Below, one piece after another: positions 46,400-56,241 of a stretch of DNA of 64,000 nucleotides. The stretch lies in NCBI GenBank assembly GCA_038323465.1, contig JBBQGX010000001.1, forward strand, positions 10,980 to 74,979, in the 5' to 3' direction. The notes under the pieces were generated by a model, which saw only the letters and a list, made by a program, of their open reading frames with translations, did no database searches and was not told the origin of the DNA. The position numbers were made by a program, and so were the translations under genes. The stretch is from Minisyncoccia bacterium (GTDB taxonomy: Bacteria; Patescibacteriota; Minisyncoccia; Phycocordibacterales; UBA9973). Numbering within the stretch: position 1 is the first letter of the stretch; each line of letters starts with the position of its first letter.

Positions 46400-47564
46400 C
46401 TAAACAAACATCTTTGTCATAAATGACAATAGATTGACCCTTGTCTACTAATACATTTTTCTCAAAAATAATTTTGGTATTTGTGCCTTTTATATCATCA
46501 AGTTTACAATCTAAAAATTCTCCATGATATCGAATTTGCGCCTTATAATTCTTATTTTTTTCTGGTATTTCTAAAATCCAATTGGTATTATTAATGTAAA
46601 TAACATTTCCTGCTAGGTCTTGCCTAGCAGTATTTTCCCCTAGGACTGTCCTAGGGGAACTATTAGAAGAGACTGTTATGGTGTTGTGATCTATATCTTT
46701 AGCCACTACATAATACGGCAAACTATCTTCAGAATTTTTTGTAATATTAAATCCATGCCTCTCTCCTAGAGTAAGAAACATTGCCCCGTCATGAGTTCCT
46801 ATTACTTCTCCATTTGTATCCAAAACATTTCCACTTTTAGACTCTATGTAATGTTTCAAGAAATCTTTCATATCAAGTGGCCCGAGGAAGCACACACCTT
46901 GGCTATCTTTCTTTGTGGCCGTTGGAAGTTTGTATTTCTCTGCAAGTTTTCTAACTTCTGTCTTTTTTAAATGCCCTATTGGAAAAAGTATATGACTCAA
47001 ATCATCCTGTGTAAGGGTCCAAAGAAAATAAACTTGGTCTTTTAATGCATCAGTAGATTTACGAAGCAAAGATAGTCCATGAGAAGCGACGGGTGGGGGC
47101 GTGCCGTTTTTAGGTACTCCTAAAAATGGGGTTAAGGAGCTTTGAAGGGAGCTATCTTTGTGGAGTAAATCTTTAACCGCATAATGCCCCGTAGCTATAT
47201 AATCAGCTCCTTTTTCTTTTGCAAATTGCCAAAACACTCCAAACTTTACTTCACGATTACACACCACATCAGGATTTGGAGTATTACCCTTTTTGTATTC
47301 TTCTATCATATAGTCAGCCACACCATTCTTATAAGCTTCTTCTGCGTCACATTCAAGAAATGGAATATCGAGGTGCGCACAAACTCGCATAGCGTCACGT
47401 CGCTCATCACGCCAAGTACAATCGATAAAATCCGGTGTCCAAGTACGAATAAAAACCCCAACGACGTTATATCCTTGGTCTTTCAAAAGTGCAGCAGTAA
47501 CAGAAGAATCCACACCACCTGATACACCAACAAATATAGTTTTTTTATTTTTTATCATAATCAT
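46380..47564 (-). CDS. mnmA: tRNA-specific 2-thiouridylase MnmA (start trimmed to the internal Met)
   Basis: PP-loop VGVSGGVDSSV and the catalytic Cys region. The 25-codon extension in the ORF track would overlap the upstream methyltransferase gene and is not MnmA-like. Confidence 0.85.
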   Translation of the reverse strand: MIMIKNKKTIFVGVSGGVDSSVTAALLKDQGYNVVGVFIRTWTPDFIDCTWRDERRDAMRVCAHLDIPFLECDAEEAYKNGVADYMIEEYKKGNTPNPDVVCNREVKFGVFWQFAKEKGADYIATGHYAVKDLLHKDSSLQSSLTPFLGVPKNGTPPPVASHGLSLLRKSTDALKDQVYFLWTLTQDDLSHILFPIGHLKKTEVRKLAEKYKLPTATKKDSQGVCFLGPLDMKDFLKHYIESKSGNVLDTNGEVIGTHDGAMFLTLGERHGFNITKNSEDSLPYYVVAKDIDHNTITVSSNSSPRTVLGENTARQDLAGNVIYINNTNWILEIPEKNKNYKAQIRYHGEFLDCKLDDIKGTNTKIIFEKNVLVDKGQSIVIYDKDVCLGGGIVL

Positions 47565-47583
47565 GCGGAACGAATTGAAAAAA

Positions 47584-48495
47584 TTATAAACTACTCCACC
47601 TCGCAAAGATACCACAAGGCAATAATCTTTTGCTAGCACTTTCTTCTATAACCAATTCTCCAGTTTCAATATCACCTTTATAATCTTTCATCATATCTAT
47701 AAGTATATTCTGGTATGCAATAGCAGAATATCCTGCGGTATATCCATTTATAAGGATAAATAATGGATCATCTGAAAGCACTTGTTTACATAAATCTATT
47801 AAATTTAAAAAATCCTCTTCAATTTTCCATAACTCATCTTTTGGACCATGACCAAAAGACGGTGGATCCATAATAATAGCATCATACTTTCTTTCTCTTT
47901 TTATCTCTCTTTTTAAAAATAAAATAACATCTTCTATAAGCCAACGAATTGGTGCCTCTCTTAGTCCTGAGAGTTCAGCATTTCCTCTGGCCCAAAATAC
48001 AGCATTTTTAGAAGCATCAACATGACAGACTTCAGCCCCAGCTTTGGCACAGGCAAGTGTTGCACCACCTGTATAAGCAAATAAATTCAAAATTTTAATG
48101 GATTCGCTCTTCAAGGCCTTACATTGGGCTCCTTTAAGGCAAGACCTTTCCCCACTCACATTCTTAATTATCTTCTCCATCCATTCCCAGTTTGGGAGTT
48201 GTTCAGGAAAAAGTCCCATGTGTTTAAATGAAGTTGGTTTAATAGAAAAAGTTAAATCACCATATAAAATATTCCAATTATTTGGAACACCATTTTTGAT
48301 AATCCATTTAGTTTTTGTTCCTTCACGAATAAATTCTAAATCTGCTTTTTCCCATTCTTTATCATCTAAAGTTTTTTTCCAAATAGCCTCAGGGTCAGGG
48401 CGAGACAAAAGATACTTGCCATATCTTTCAAGTTTCTTACCATCACCTGTATCTACAAGTTCATATTCTTTTTGTTTTGTTGTTTTTAGTATCAT
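47584..48495 (-). CDS. Class I SAM-dependent RNA methyltransferase (RlmI/RlmK-like)
   Basis: N-terminal PUA/EEHEE-like region. Rossmann SAM site LNLFAYTGGATLACA. The catalytic DPPSFG motif is typical of RlmI-type m5C/m2G methyltransferases. Confidence 0.7.
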   Translation of the reverse strand: MILKTTKQKEYELVDTGDGKKLERYGKYLLSRPDPEAIWKKTLDDKEWEKADLEFIREGTKTKWIIKNGVPNNWNILYGDLTFSIKPTSFKHMGLFPEQLPNWEWMEKIIKNVSGERSCLKGAQCKALKSESIKILNLFAYTGGATLACAKAGAEVCHVDASKNAVFWARGNAELSGLREAPIRWLIEDVILFLKREIKRERKYDAIIMDPPSFGHGPKDELWKIEEDFLNLIDLCKQVLSDDPLFILINGYTAGYSAIAYQNILIDMMKDYKGDIETGELVIEESASKRLLPCGIFARWSSL

Positions 48496-49406
48496 TTTAA
48501 ATATTTTGCAATATTACTCCTGTGTTGACTAAAATCCACACCATAGTGTACCTGACCATTGCTATCATGTAAATAGAACAAATAAGGAGAATCAACTGGT
48601 TTTATAGCTGATAATATTGAAGTAAATCCTGGATTACTAATTGGACTTTTTGGTAAACCATAATTTTTGTATGTACTTGGATCTGCATCAACCTGTAAAA
48701 GCATCCCTAATTTAAGTCTTTTCCATAAAATTCCAGAAATGATAGGAGCATCATCCTCCCCACCAACTTCTTTTTCTAATATTGAGGCCATGATTATTGT
48801 ATCTGATAAACTTTTATTTGAGCTTTTCAATTCTTTATCAAGAGATGCAATTCTTTTTTTAAAATTTGAAGTCATTTCTACTAAAATCTCATCCGTAGTA
48901 GCAAGTGGGAAGAAAAAATAAGTATCTGGAAATAAATATCCTTGCTTACTCCTTGGATCAGTCAAAAATAGATCTCTTTGAAAATTTAGAATTTTATCTG
49001 CTAATAAATCAGACATCTGTAAATTCGTTAATCCTTCTTTAAATGTTATTCGAATTCTCTCTATACGATGGATTCCTCGGCCAATTTGCCAAGCAACATT
49101 CCACAAATATTCTCCTTTAACAAATTTATAATCACCACTTTGAATTTTTTTATCTGAAGAAATGATCAAAACAAATATTTTTAATAAGATAGGATTACGA
49201 ACAACTTTTTCTGATTCTAGAACATTAGAAATTTTAGACAAAGAATCATTTGAAGAAATATGGATTATCACATCTTTTTCATGTATTGGCGCTCTTAATA
49301 AATAAGATCCAATAATAACTAAAAAGCTTATTGTAAGAATAGTGTTTAAAACTAATTTAGATTTGGAATTATTACCAACTTTTTTTTCTCCTTTTAAAAT
49401 ATCCAT
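48492..49406 (-). CDS. mltG: Endolytic murein transglycosylase MltG (YceG family)
   Basis: N-terminal TM anchor. YceG signature QGYLFPDTYFF and the C-terminal catalytic region. Confidence 0.85.
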   Translation of the reverse strand: MDILKGEKKVGNNSKSKLVLNTILTISFLVIIGSYLLRAPIHEKDVIIHISSNDSLSKISNVLESEKVVRNPILLKIFVLIISSDKKIQSGDYKFVKGEYLWNVAWQIGRGIHRIERIRITFKEGLTNLQMSDLLADKILNFQRDLFLTDPRSKQGYLFPDTYFFFPLATTDEILVEMTSNFKKRIASLDKELKSSNKSLSDTIIMASILEKEVGGEDDAPIISGILWKRLKLGMLLQVDADPSTYKNYGLPKSPISNPGFTSILSAIKPVDSPYLFYLHDSNGQVHYGVDFSQHRSNIAKYLK

Positions 49407-49412
49407 ATTAAA

Positions 49413-50756
49413 TTATATAGGCAAATTGGAAGGCGGTTTGGCAATTTTTGACTCAATACGCTTAAAGCTTGGAGTTTCTGAAACTATACCTGGGAAATGA
49501 AAAATAGTAGCTAACTCTTCAGTTGAGAGAACCATGAGTTCTGGTCTACCAGCTGGTAGAAAAGCTTTCAAAACTGCTGGTAATTTGAAAGTATATTGAA
49601 GCGGTGGATGGAAAAATATACGAAGTCTATACCAATCAAGCATTCTTTTCTTTTTGGCAGTCAGAGCAAGGCCAGTCGGATCAGACCATGGTGCATCAAA
49701 TTGAGTAGCATTAATACGGTCAAATTCATTAATGGAAGGTTGAGCATATTGACGGAAAAGCAGACGTACGTCGCGACGCAAATTCTGAAATTGATCTTCA
49801 GTGCAAAGTCTCTTATCAGAAAGAGTTACAACTCGAATACCAGTATCAAAATGCAACTGTTGAATATTGGCTGTCATTTGCTTCACCATTGGATCAAGAA
49901 AAGATGGAGCACGTACTTCCATAACAGAACCTCCTGGTCCTAACCCCCCCGTTGCACTGAATTTAGTATAAGGTTTAAGTAACTCACGCATAAATTCTTC
50001 GGCTGCGACATAAAAGTCGACATGTTTTTTTTGAATGTGACTATGATACATCTTGGTACATTGTCTTATTAATATTTGAATCCAAACTTGTTGACCATTA
50101 GGGATAGAACCAAGATACTCTATAACTGGTGTAATCGGATCAATTTTAAATTCTTCTTTAATACCCGTTTTCATATCATCACCCATAGCCTTGTATGTTT
50201 TAATTGGTAGAAAATCTTCTTTCATTTTTCTAAATTCACAGCCCCAAGTATTCCAATCTCCGTCTTTTTTATATTGAGGCACATGAAAAGCATAATCATC
50301 AACTTCAACAACTTTAGCTTGGGGATACTGGCCGTAAATTTGAGTCTCAACGAGGTTACGCATCCTGGTTGGTGTACGAATGTAAAAATGAACCCGTCCA
50401 TCAATGGAAGCAATCTCGAGTGAAAACCAAAACCATGGAGCTCCTTGTATGTATTGCTCCCAGAAACCTTTATTACTTCGATGGTAGAAGGCATTGGCTA
50501 TAACTAATTCCATGGCTGCTGGTGATTTAATAACATCACGAGGAACTTGAACTTCAAGTAGAACCCATTTGATTCCCATGATAAATCGTTCTTGTCTATA
50601 ATGATGCCATAAAATAAGTGCCAGATATGTTAAAGGAATCGGCATTAAATAGCCTATTCCAACTATCAAGACTTGGAGGAGATTCAAATTGTGAGAATTA
50701 AGAAAGTCTTGGATCATAGATATAATAAATTGAGAATTATAAAACTCATAAAACAA
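49413..50756 (-). CDS. Hypothetical membrane-anchored protein (447 aa) with W/F/Y/Q/R/P-rich composition unlike its neighbours
   Basis: One N-terminal TM helix. The amino-acid composition departs from the K/N/I-rich proteome in this window. The C-terminus ends ...LSTEELATIFHFPG. No motif I can place confidently. Confidence 0.6.
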   Translation of the reverse strand: MFYEFYNSQFIISMIQDFLNSHNLNLLQVLIVGIGYLMPIPLTYLALILWHHYRQERFIMGIKWVLLEVQVPRDVIKSPAAMELVIANAFYHRSNKGFWEQYIQGAPWFWFSLEIASIDGRVHFYIRTPTRMRNLVETQIYGQYPQAKVVEVDDYAFHVPQYKKDGDWNTWGCEFRKMKEDFLPIKTYKAMGDDMKTGIKEEFKIDPITPVIEYLGSIPNGQQVWIQILIRQCTKMYHSHIQKKHVDFYVAAEEFMRELLKPYTKFSATGGLGPGGSVMEVRAPSFLDPMVKQMTANIQQLHFDTGIRVVTLSDKRLCTEDQFQNLRRDVRLLFRQYAQPSINEFDRINATQFDAPWSDPTGLALTAKKKRMLDWYRLRIFFHPPLQYTFKLPAVLKAFLPAGRPELMVLSTEELATIFHFPGIVSETPSFKRIESKIAKPPSNLPI

Positions 50757-50928
50757 AAATTAAATACAAATTTAAAAATCGATAAACTAGTAAGCTCGAA
50801 GATTAGATGAAGTAAAAAAACCAAGCAATACTGCTATTATAATAATACCAAAAATTATTAATATGATGTTAATGATTCCACGATTGTACATAGATTTATT
50901 ATAGCACTCAAGGATATATTTTAAAAGA

Positions 50929-50959
50929 AAAATCCCAAAACTTCTTGTTTTAGGATTTT
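50929..50959 (-). terminator. Intrinsic terminator downstream of the sigma-r4/HARE-HTH gene
   Basis: Near-perfect stem aaaatcccaaaac/gttttaggatttt followed by a T-rich tract on the minus strand. Confidence 0.45.
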
Positions 50960-50968
50960 TCTTTTAAT

Positions 50969-52000
50969 TTAACAAATTGTATATAAACCTGTTTTATTTT
51001 TTTTGAAGTATTTAGCATTTTGTAAATTAACTAAAATAGTGTTCTTTTTTAGATATCTTTCTTTCATTACTTGATCAATAATATCATCTTTAGTCATAGG
51101 ACCATTCTTTTTCAAAAGTTCCTTGATAACATCACGAACAACACCTGATTTATATCCCCATTCCGAAAGTGCGTAGATTCCTCTTCCAACTAAAACAAAA
51201 CGAGGATCTTTTATAAGTTCATTGTGACAAGTTGCAGTGTGACATTTTTTATCAAAAGTATTAGCAACAGCTTTAGCAACTTCACGGAAATGCATAGGAG
51301 AACCATGTTTACGCATCATCAAAAAAGCATAATCTTTAACTCCACGAGTTTTAATAGAAGATGAAGTAGACTTTCCCCATTCACCGAGTGGGTTCTTACT
51401 AAGGGTTTTTGATATAGAAAGCCATCTCTTTGCAATTTCTTCACTCTTGTATTGTTCAGCTAAATCTTTTACTTCATCTAGAAATCTTGCTACCAGTTCC
51501 GCTTCGGGGATAAGTTGATCATCTGTTAAATTTTCAAATAAATTTTTTAATGATTTATGAACTTGTAGGGATATGTCAGCGTCAACACTCCACCTAGTTT
51601 TAAAATTAACATCTTCTTTATGTTTCGTAAATTCATCTCCGAGAGTTAAATAGAAATGAATATTGTTTTGAATAAGTTTATCTTTTGAAAGATGATTCAA
51701 AAAATCTTGCTCAGAAACAATAGCACCGAGTGTGTGCATTAATTTTTTTAATTCTTCAAAAACAGCTTTTTCATTTTTGAAACTTTCTGATTTACGAATG
51801 AAATTAAGGGCTGAATTTTCAATTTGTCGAACACGTTCACGAGTAATACCATACTTTTGACCGATTGCTTCTAATGTTTTTCTCTCTCCTTCATCTGTAA
51901 GTCCGAAACGATTCACAATTACCTCATGAACACGAGGTTGTAAATTTGTAAGAATACGTTTTGTAACTTGTTTTGGTTTAAATGTAATAGTATTAGCCAT
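50969..52000 (-). CDS. Putative transcription factor: N-terminal sigma-70 region-4-like HTH plus C-terminal HARE-HTH winged helix
   Basis: Residues ~20-65 match sigma region 4.2 (LQPRVHEVIVNRFGL..KTLEAIGQKYGITRERVRQIENSAL). The C-terminal stretch HGSPMHFREVAKAV...DPRFVLVGRGIYALSEWGY matches the HARE-HTH consensus (PMHF...RF..VGRG.YAL.EW). No sigma region 2 or 3. Confidence 0.6.
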   Translation of the reverse strand: MANTITFKPKQVTKRILTNLQPRVHEVIVNRFGLTDEGERKTLEAIGQKYGITRERVRQIENSALNFIRKSESFKNEKAVFEELKKLMHTLGAIVSEQDFLNHLSKDKLIQNNIHFYLTLGDEFTKHKEDVNFKTRWSVDADISLQVHKSLKNLFENLTDDQLIPEAELVARFLDEVKDLAEQYKSEEIAKRWLSISKTLSKNPLGEWGKSTSSSIKTRGVKDYAFLMMRKHGSPMHFREVAKAVANTFDKKCHTATCHNELIKDPRFVLVGRGIYALSEWGYKSGVVRDVIKELLKKNGPMTKDDIIDQVMKERYLKKNTILVNLQNAKYFKKNKTGLYTIC

Positions 52001-52111
52001 TTGTATTATAAATTAATTTAATAAATATCTTTACACTTTTATAATATCATTACTATTGTATAAAGTCAAATACAATAAGGTGTCAAAACATTCACACAAT
52101 ATGTGTATGTT

Positions 52112-53932
52112 CTATTTTTTACTAGCAACTGTTTTTGCTTTAGATCTGTCTTGCTCTGTCAAAAATTTCTTACGTAATCGAACATTTTTAGGTGTAATTT
52201 CAAGAAATTCATCATCAGCCATAACTTCGAGTGCTCTCTCAATAGAAAGTCGATATGGGGGCTTTACGTTAACAGCTTCATCTGTTCCAGATGAGCGCAT
52301 GTTAGAAAGTTGTTTCCCTTTAGTTGGATTAACGCTCATTTCATCCCCTTTAGTCACGTTTCCAATAACCATCCCTTCGTAAACTTCATCTCCATGTTCA
52401 ACGTAGAGTATTCCTCTTTCTTGTAATGTCCAAAGTGAGAAAGCGGCAACCTTCCCAGTAACCATAGATGTCATCGATCCAACGTCACGTTTTTTTATTT
52501 CTCCAGCATATTCTTTAAAACCAATAAATCGTGAAGCAAGTATTCCTTCTCCTTTTGTATCTACAACAAACTGTCCACGATAACCTAGAAGTCCTCTTGT
52601 TGGAATTTCAATTAACATTCTAGTGATACCTTCTTTTTCGTGCATGTTTGTAATCATTCCACGTCGAGATGTCAACTTTTCTATTACTGCCCCGGAAAAT
52701 TCATTACGAACATCAATAGTCGCTTCTTCGTAAGGTTCAACTTTCATTCCATTCTCTTCTTTGATAATGACGTGAGGTTGAGATACTTGTAATTCATAAC
52801 CTTCTCGGCGCATATTTTCAAGCAAAACAGCAATATGTAATTCGCCTCTTCCATAAACTAAATATCCTTCTTGAACTTCTTCTTCGTCGGGAGTATCAAA
52901 ACTAATTCGAAGTCCAACATTGATTTCAAGTTCTTTCTCAAGTCTCTCTCTTATCTGGCGACTTGTAACATATTTACCCTCACGTCCAGCAAAAGGAGAA
53001 TCGTTCACTAAAAAGTTAAGAGAAATGGTTGGTTCATCAATAGCAATAGAAGGCAATGATGCTGTATCAAGATTATCACAAAGAGTCTCACCTATAAAAA
53101 CATCAGGAATTCCAGCAATCATAGCGATATCACCAGTTGTTACAACATCAACTTCTTTACGTGCTATACCTTCAAATGTAAAAATTTTACTAATACGAGC
53201 ATTTCTATTTACACCATTTGGATTTTTTACAATAACAGTAGAACCAGTTTTAACAGAGCCTCCATATACACGAGCAATAGCCATACGTCCAAGAAAATTG
53301 TCATACCCAAGATTAAATACTTGTGCTTGGAATGCGCCATCTTTATTTATAGAAGCTTCAGGCACTTCTCTTAGTATTAAATCAAGAAGTGGAGTCAGGT
53401 CATTAGAATCATCCCCAAGTTTAAGAAACGCTTTCCCCTGTCTTCCAATAGCATAAATAGTTTTAAAATCAATTTGTTCTTCATTTGCACCTAACTCTAA
53501 AAATAATTCAAGGACTTCTTCGTGAACTCTATCTGGATTGGCTGCTGGTTTATCTATTTTATTAATAACAACAATAGGTTTAAGTCCTAGTTCTAGAGAT
53601 TTTTTCAAAACGAATCTTGTTTGAGGCATAGGACCTTCTTGAGCATCAACAAGAAGAAGAACAGAATCAATAGCGCGTAAAACACGTTCAACTTCAGATC
53701 CAAAATCCGCGTGACCTGGAGTATCCACAATGTTTATCTTTGTGCCCTTGTAATTAACTGACGTATTTTTTGAATATATAGTAATACCACGTTCAAGTTC
53801 AATGGCATTGGAATCCATAGTGACACCTTCTTCAACCATCCCGCATTGCTTCATTAATTGGTCAGTTAATGTTGTTTTGCCGTGATCAACGTGAGCTATG
53901 ATAGCTATATTTCTGATTTCTGTTTGTTTCAT
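52112..53932 (-). CDS. typA: Translational GTPase BipA/TypA
   Basis: G1 AHVDHGKTT and G3 DTPGHADF. EF-G-like domains with the BipA-specific C-terminal domain. Length 606 aa. Confidence 0.9.
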   Translation of the reverse strand: MKQTEIRNIAIIAHVDHGKTTLTDQLMKQCGMVEEGVTMDSNAIELERGITIYSKNTSVNYKGTKINIVDTPGHADFGSEVERVLRAIDSVLLLVDAQEGPMPQTRFVLKKSLELGLKPIVVINKIDKPAANPDRVHEEVLELFLELGANEEQIDFKTIYAIGRQGKAFLKLGDDSNDLTPLLDLILREVPEASINKDGAFQAQVFNLGYDNFLGRMAIARVYGGSVKTGSTVIVKNPNGVNRNARISKIFTFEGIARKEVDVVTTGDIAMIAGIPDVFIGETLCDNLDTASLPSIAIDEPTISLNFLVNDSPFAGREGKYVTSRQIRERLEKELEINVGLRISFDTPDEEEVQEGYLVYGRGELHIAVLLENMRREGYELQVSQPHVIIKEENGMKVEPYEEATIDVRNEFSGAVIEKLTSRRGMITNMHEKEGITRMLIEIPTRGLLGYRGQFVVDTKGEGILASRFIGFKEYAGEIKKRDVGSMTSMVTGKVAAFSLWTLQERGILYVEHGDEVYEGMVIGNVTKGDEMSVNPTKGKQLSNMRSSGTDEAVNVKPPYRLSIERALEVMADDEFLEITPKNVRLRKKFLTEQDRSKAKTVASKK

Positions 53933-54170
53933 ATGTTGATAAAACGAAACAAATTATTTTATAAAAAAATGTCTGGCTCCTTGTCCTCCATCATCCGAAG
54001 ACTTTTTTTAGAATATAATTTGTGAAGTTTCTAATAAGAGGTGAAAAATAAAATCGCCAATAGGCGAAACTACTTTTAATATATCATGTTTTTTAAAATT
54101 TGTAAAGAAAAATACAAAGATACATCATAAAGATACATCAATACTAATTTGATGATTAAATTTACATATA

Positions 54171-54211
54171 AAATAGCCATCATCCACAAAGTGAATGATG
54201 GCTATTTTTTT
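54171..54211. terminator. Hairpin plus T-run, terminator-like in both orientations
   Basis: 13-bp stem aaatagccatcat/atgatggctattt with an 11-nt loop and a 7-T run. It lies just downstream of the 121-aa gene on the minus strand. Confidence 0.5.
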
Positions 54212-54226
54212 AATTGAATATTGAAC

Positions 54227-54592
54227 TTAAAGTTGCAATATCCATAATTTTTCAATTTCCCTTTTTACCAAAGTTGAATTTTTTGTTCTGATTACAAATT
54301 CAGGGTTCCAATAAACCCCATGTTTGAATTTTTTATAAACAACTGGATGATACCATCCACAATTACAATGTACTGCATAAGGGTCTTTGTTTTCATCTCT
54401 TAAGATACCATTTGCAGAACAAAATAATGGTCCTTTTTCTTTTTTTGGTTTTCTTAAAAGATTTTTATCTCTTTTAATTGGAGCCATTGGTCTTGATTTA
54501 GGATCATTAAACATCCTAAATAAATATCTATCTGATTTGAAATTCTCAAGATACTTAAGATACTTTGCAGTGAATACATCATTGTTTAACAT
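54227..54592 (-). CDS. Hypothetical protein (121 aa), basic, Cys/His-containing
   Basis: ORF with the HCNCGWYHP segment. Flanked by terminators. No family recognised. Confidence 0.45.
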   Translation of the reverse strand: MLNNDVFTAKYLKYLENFKSDRYLFRMFNDPKSRPMAPIKRDKNLLRKPKKEKGPLFCSANGILRDENKDPYAVHCNCGWYHPVVYKKFKHGVYWNPEFVIRTKNSTLVKREIEKLWILQL

Positions 54593-54661
54593 AATTATTC
54601 CTCCTTTAAATTAGAAATTATTTATTTTTATTTATTTTTTAATGAACAAATTAAAAGAACT

Positions 54662-54692
54662 AAAAACCAGCTTTTTTTAAAAGCTGGTTTTT
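54662..54692. terminator. Bidirectional intrinsic terminator after the dcw operon (murF end)
   Basis: Stem aaaaaccagctttt/aaaagctggttttt with a ttt loop. A/T runs lie on both sides. Confidence 0.5.
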
Positions 54693-54902
54693 AGTAATAA
54701 TTTGTTTTAGATAAATATTATTAACAAAAATCAACCTTCAAATTGAAAGTATAAAAATAGAAACTTCCCCAGAAGCTCTTATTTAAATTTTGATTTTTAC
54801 TAATATTAACCATATTTATATATTTACATTTTTGAAAATTAAAGTCAATCTTTTTGATTTAAGAGCTGAAATATAGAAATTTTTATATTTCAGCTCTCAA
54901 AA

Positions 54903-56222
54903 CTATCTATTCTGCCACTCTTTCTCTTGTCGACATAGAAGCTTACTTGCATGCTCAGGATGTGCCATTATAGCTTTAACTGCCCTTTCTAGCCTCACAC
55001 CTTGTGACCCTTTGATTAAGATTAGGTCTCCTTTCTCAATGATTCCAACAAGAAATTTGGCTGTTGTTATAGATGAATCAAAGATGTAAAGATCCTTCTT
55101 CTTGAACCTACTTTCTATCGCCCCTTCAGCAATAAATTTAGCACGAGGTCCAACGACAATCAACATATCAACAACCTCAGCAACCTTTTCACCTAAATTG
55201 TGATGTTCTTCCTCCGTAAATTTACCAAGCTCGAGCATATCCCCTAAGACTGCGATTTTTCTCTTACCTTTCATTTCCTTTAGAACTTCTACAGCAGCAA
55301 ATGCCGCTACTGGAGAAGAATTATAAGTATCATCAATAATTATAGAATTATTTACCCCTTCAATCAAAGAAAGTCGTCCGGGTGGAGTATTATAGTCACT
55401 AATATAATTTATAGACTGGAGTAAATCACATCCTACTTCTGATGCTACAGCGATAGCCGCGAGTGCTGAGCCAACAAAATTCATTCCTACAATATTTGGC
55501 AGAATCACAGGGAATGTATGTCCATCATGCTCAAGCTTGAAACTAATACCACGAGTAACTTCTACTCCTTCTATGTTGGTTTGTAGATAAGAGAGATAGG
55601 TTGAATGATAAGTTGCATTTTCGTCTATTCCATAAGAAACTGTTCTACGATTAGCTTTATTGTGAATCTCATAAACTTTATCATCATCATGATTTAAAAT
55701 GAGTACTCCATCTGGTTTAAGAGCAAAGGCGAGAGCACTCTTCTCCTCAATAATATCTTCAACACTTTCAAAGAATTCAACATGGACAGGCTTGTCTGGG
55801 AAACGAGTTATAACGACAATATCAGGAGCAAGCCATGGAGCTACATTCTTTTTTATATCACCAGGCTTTCCTACTCCAACTTCCAATATTAGAAATTCAG
55901 GATAATTATGTTTCCATAAAATAATAAAAAATCCCGAAAGAATATTTTCAAACCAAACAAAAGGATTACTCCATCCATTTGGGCAACCCAAAATAGTAAG
56001 GGGTAACCCTATTTCACTATTAAAACTTTTCTCACTTTTACGAATGGTTTTAAATTTTGATAAAACTGTAAATATTGCATCCTTCGTGGAAGTTTTGCCA
56101 ACTGATCCAGTAATAGCAATAATTTTTGGTTTATATTTTTTTAAAACAATTTTAGCTTCCCATGTAAGGATAGAGACTATTATTTTTTTAAATATATTTT
56201 TCATATTTTTCATATAACTCAC
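54903..56222 (-). CDS. murF: Mur ligase, most consistent with UDP-MurNAc-tripeptide:D-Ala-D-Ala ligase MurF (MurE not excluded)
   Basis: Mur ligase P-loop IIAITGSVGKTSTKD. Middle and C-terminal Mur domains. Length 439 aa, last gene of mraZ-rsmH-ftsL-ftsI-mur. Confidence 0.7.
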   Translation of the reverse strand: MSYMKNMKNIFKKIIVSILTWEAKIVLKKYKPKIIAITGSVGKTSTKDAIFTVLSKFKTIRKSEKSFNSEIGLPLTILGCPNGWSNPFVWFENILSGFFIILWKHNYPEFLILEVGVGKPGDIKKNVAPWLAPDIVVITRFPDKPVHVEFFESVEDIIEEKSALAFALKPDGVLILNHDDDKVYEIHNKANRRTVSYGIDENATYHSTYLSYLQTNIEGVEVTRGISFKLEHDGHTFPVILPNIVGMNFVGSALAAIAVASEVGCDLLQSINYISDYNTPPGRLSLIEGVNNSIIIDDTYNSSPVAAFAAVEVLKEMKGKRKIAVLGDMLELGKFTEEEHHNLGEKVAEVVDMLIVVGPRAKFIAEGAIESRFKKKDLYIFDSSITTAKFLVGIIEKGDLILIKGSQGVRLERAVKAIMAHPEHASKLLCRQEKEWQNR

Positions 56223-56241
56223 TACATTCTACTTACTATTT

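Noticed and set aside
54110-54140. Direct repeat AAAGATACATCA x2 upstream of typA
   Set aside because: It is a short, AT-rich, single occurrence about 190 bp upstream of typA. It is most likely a chance repeat, so it is noted but not promoted.
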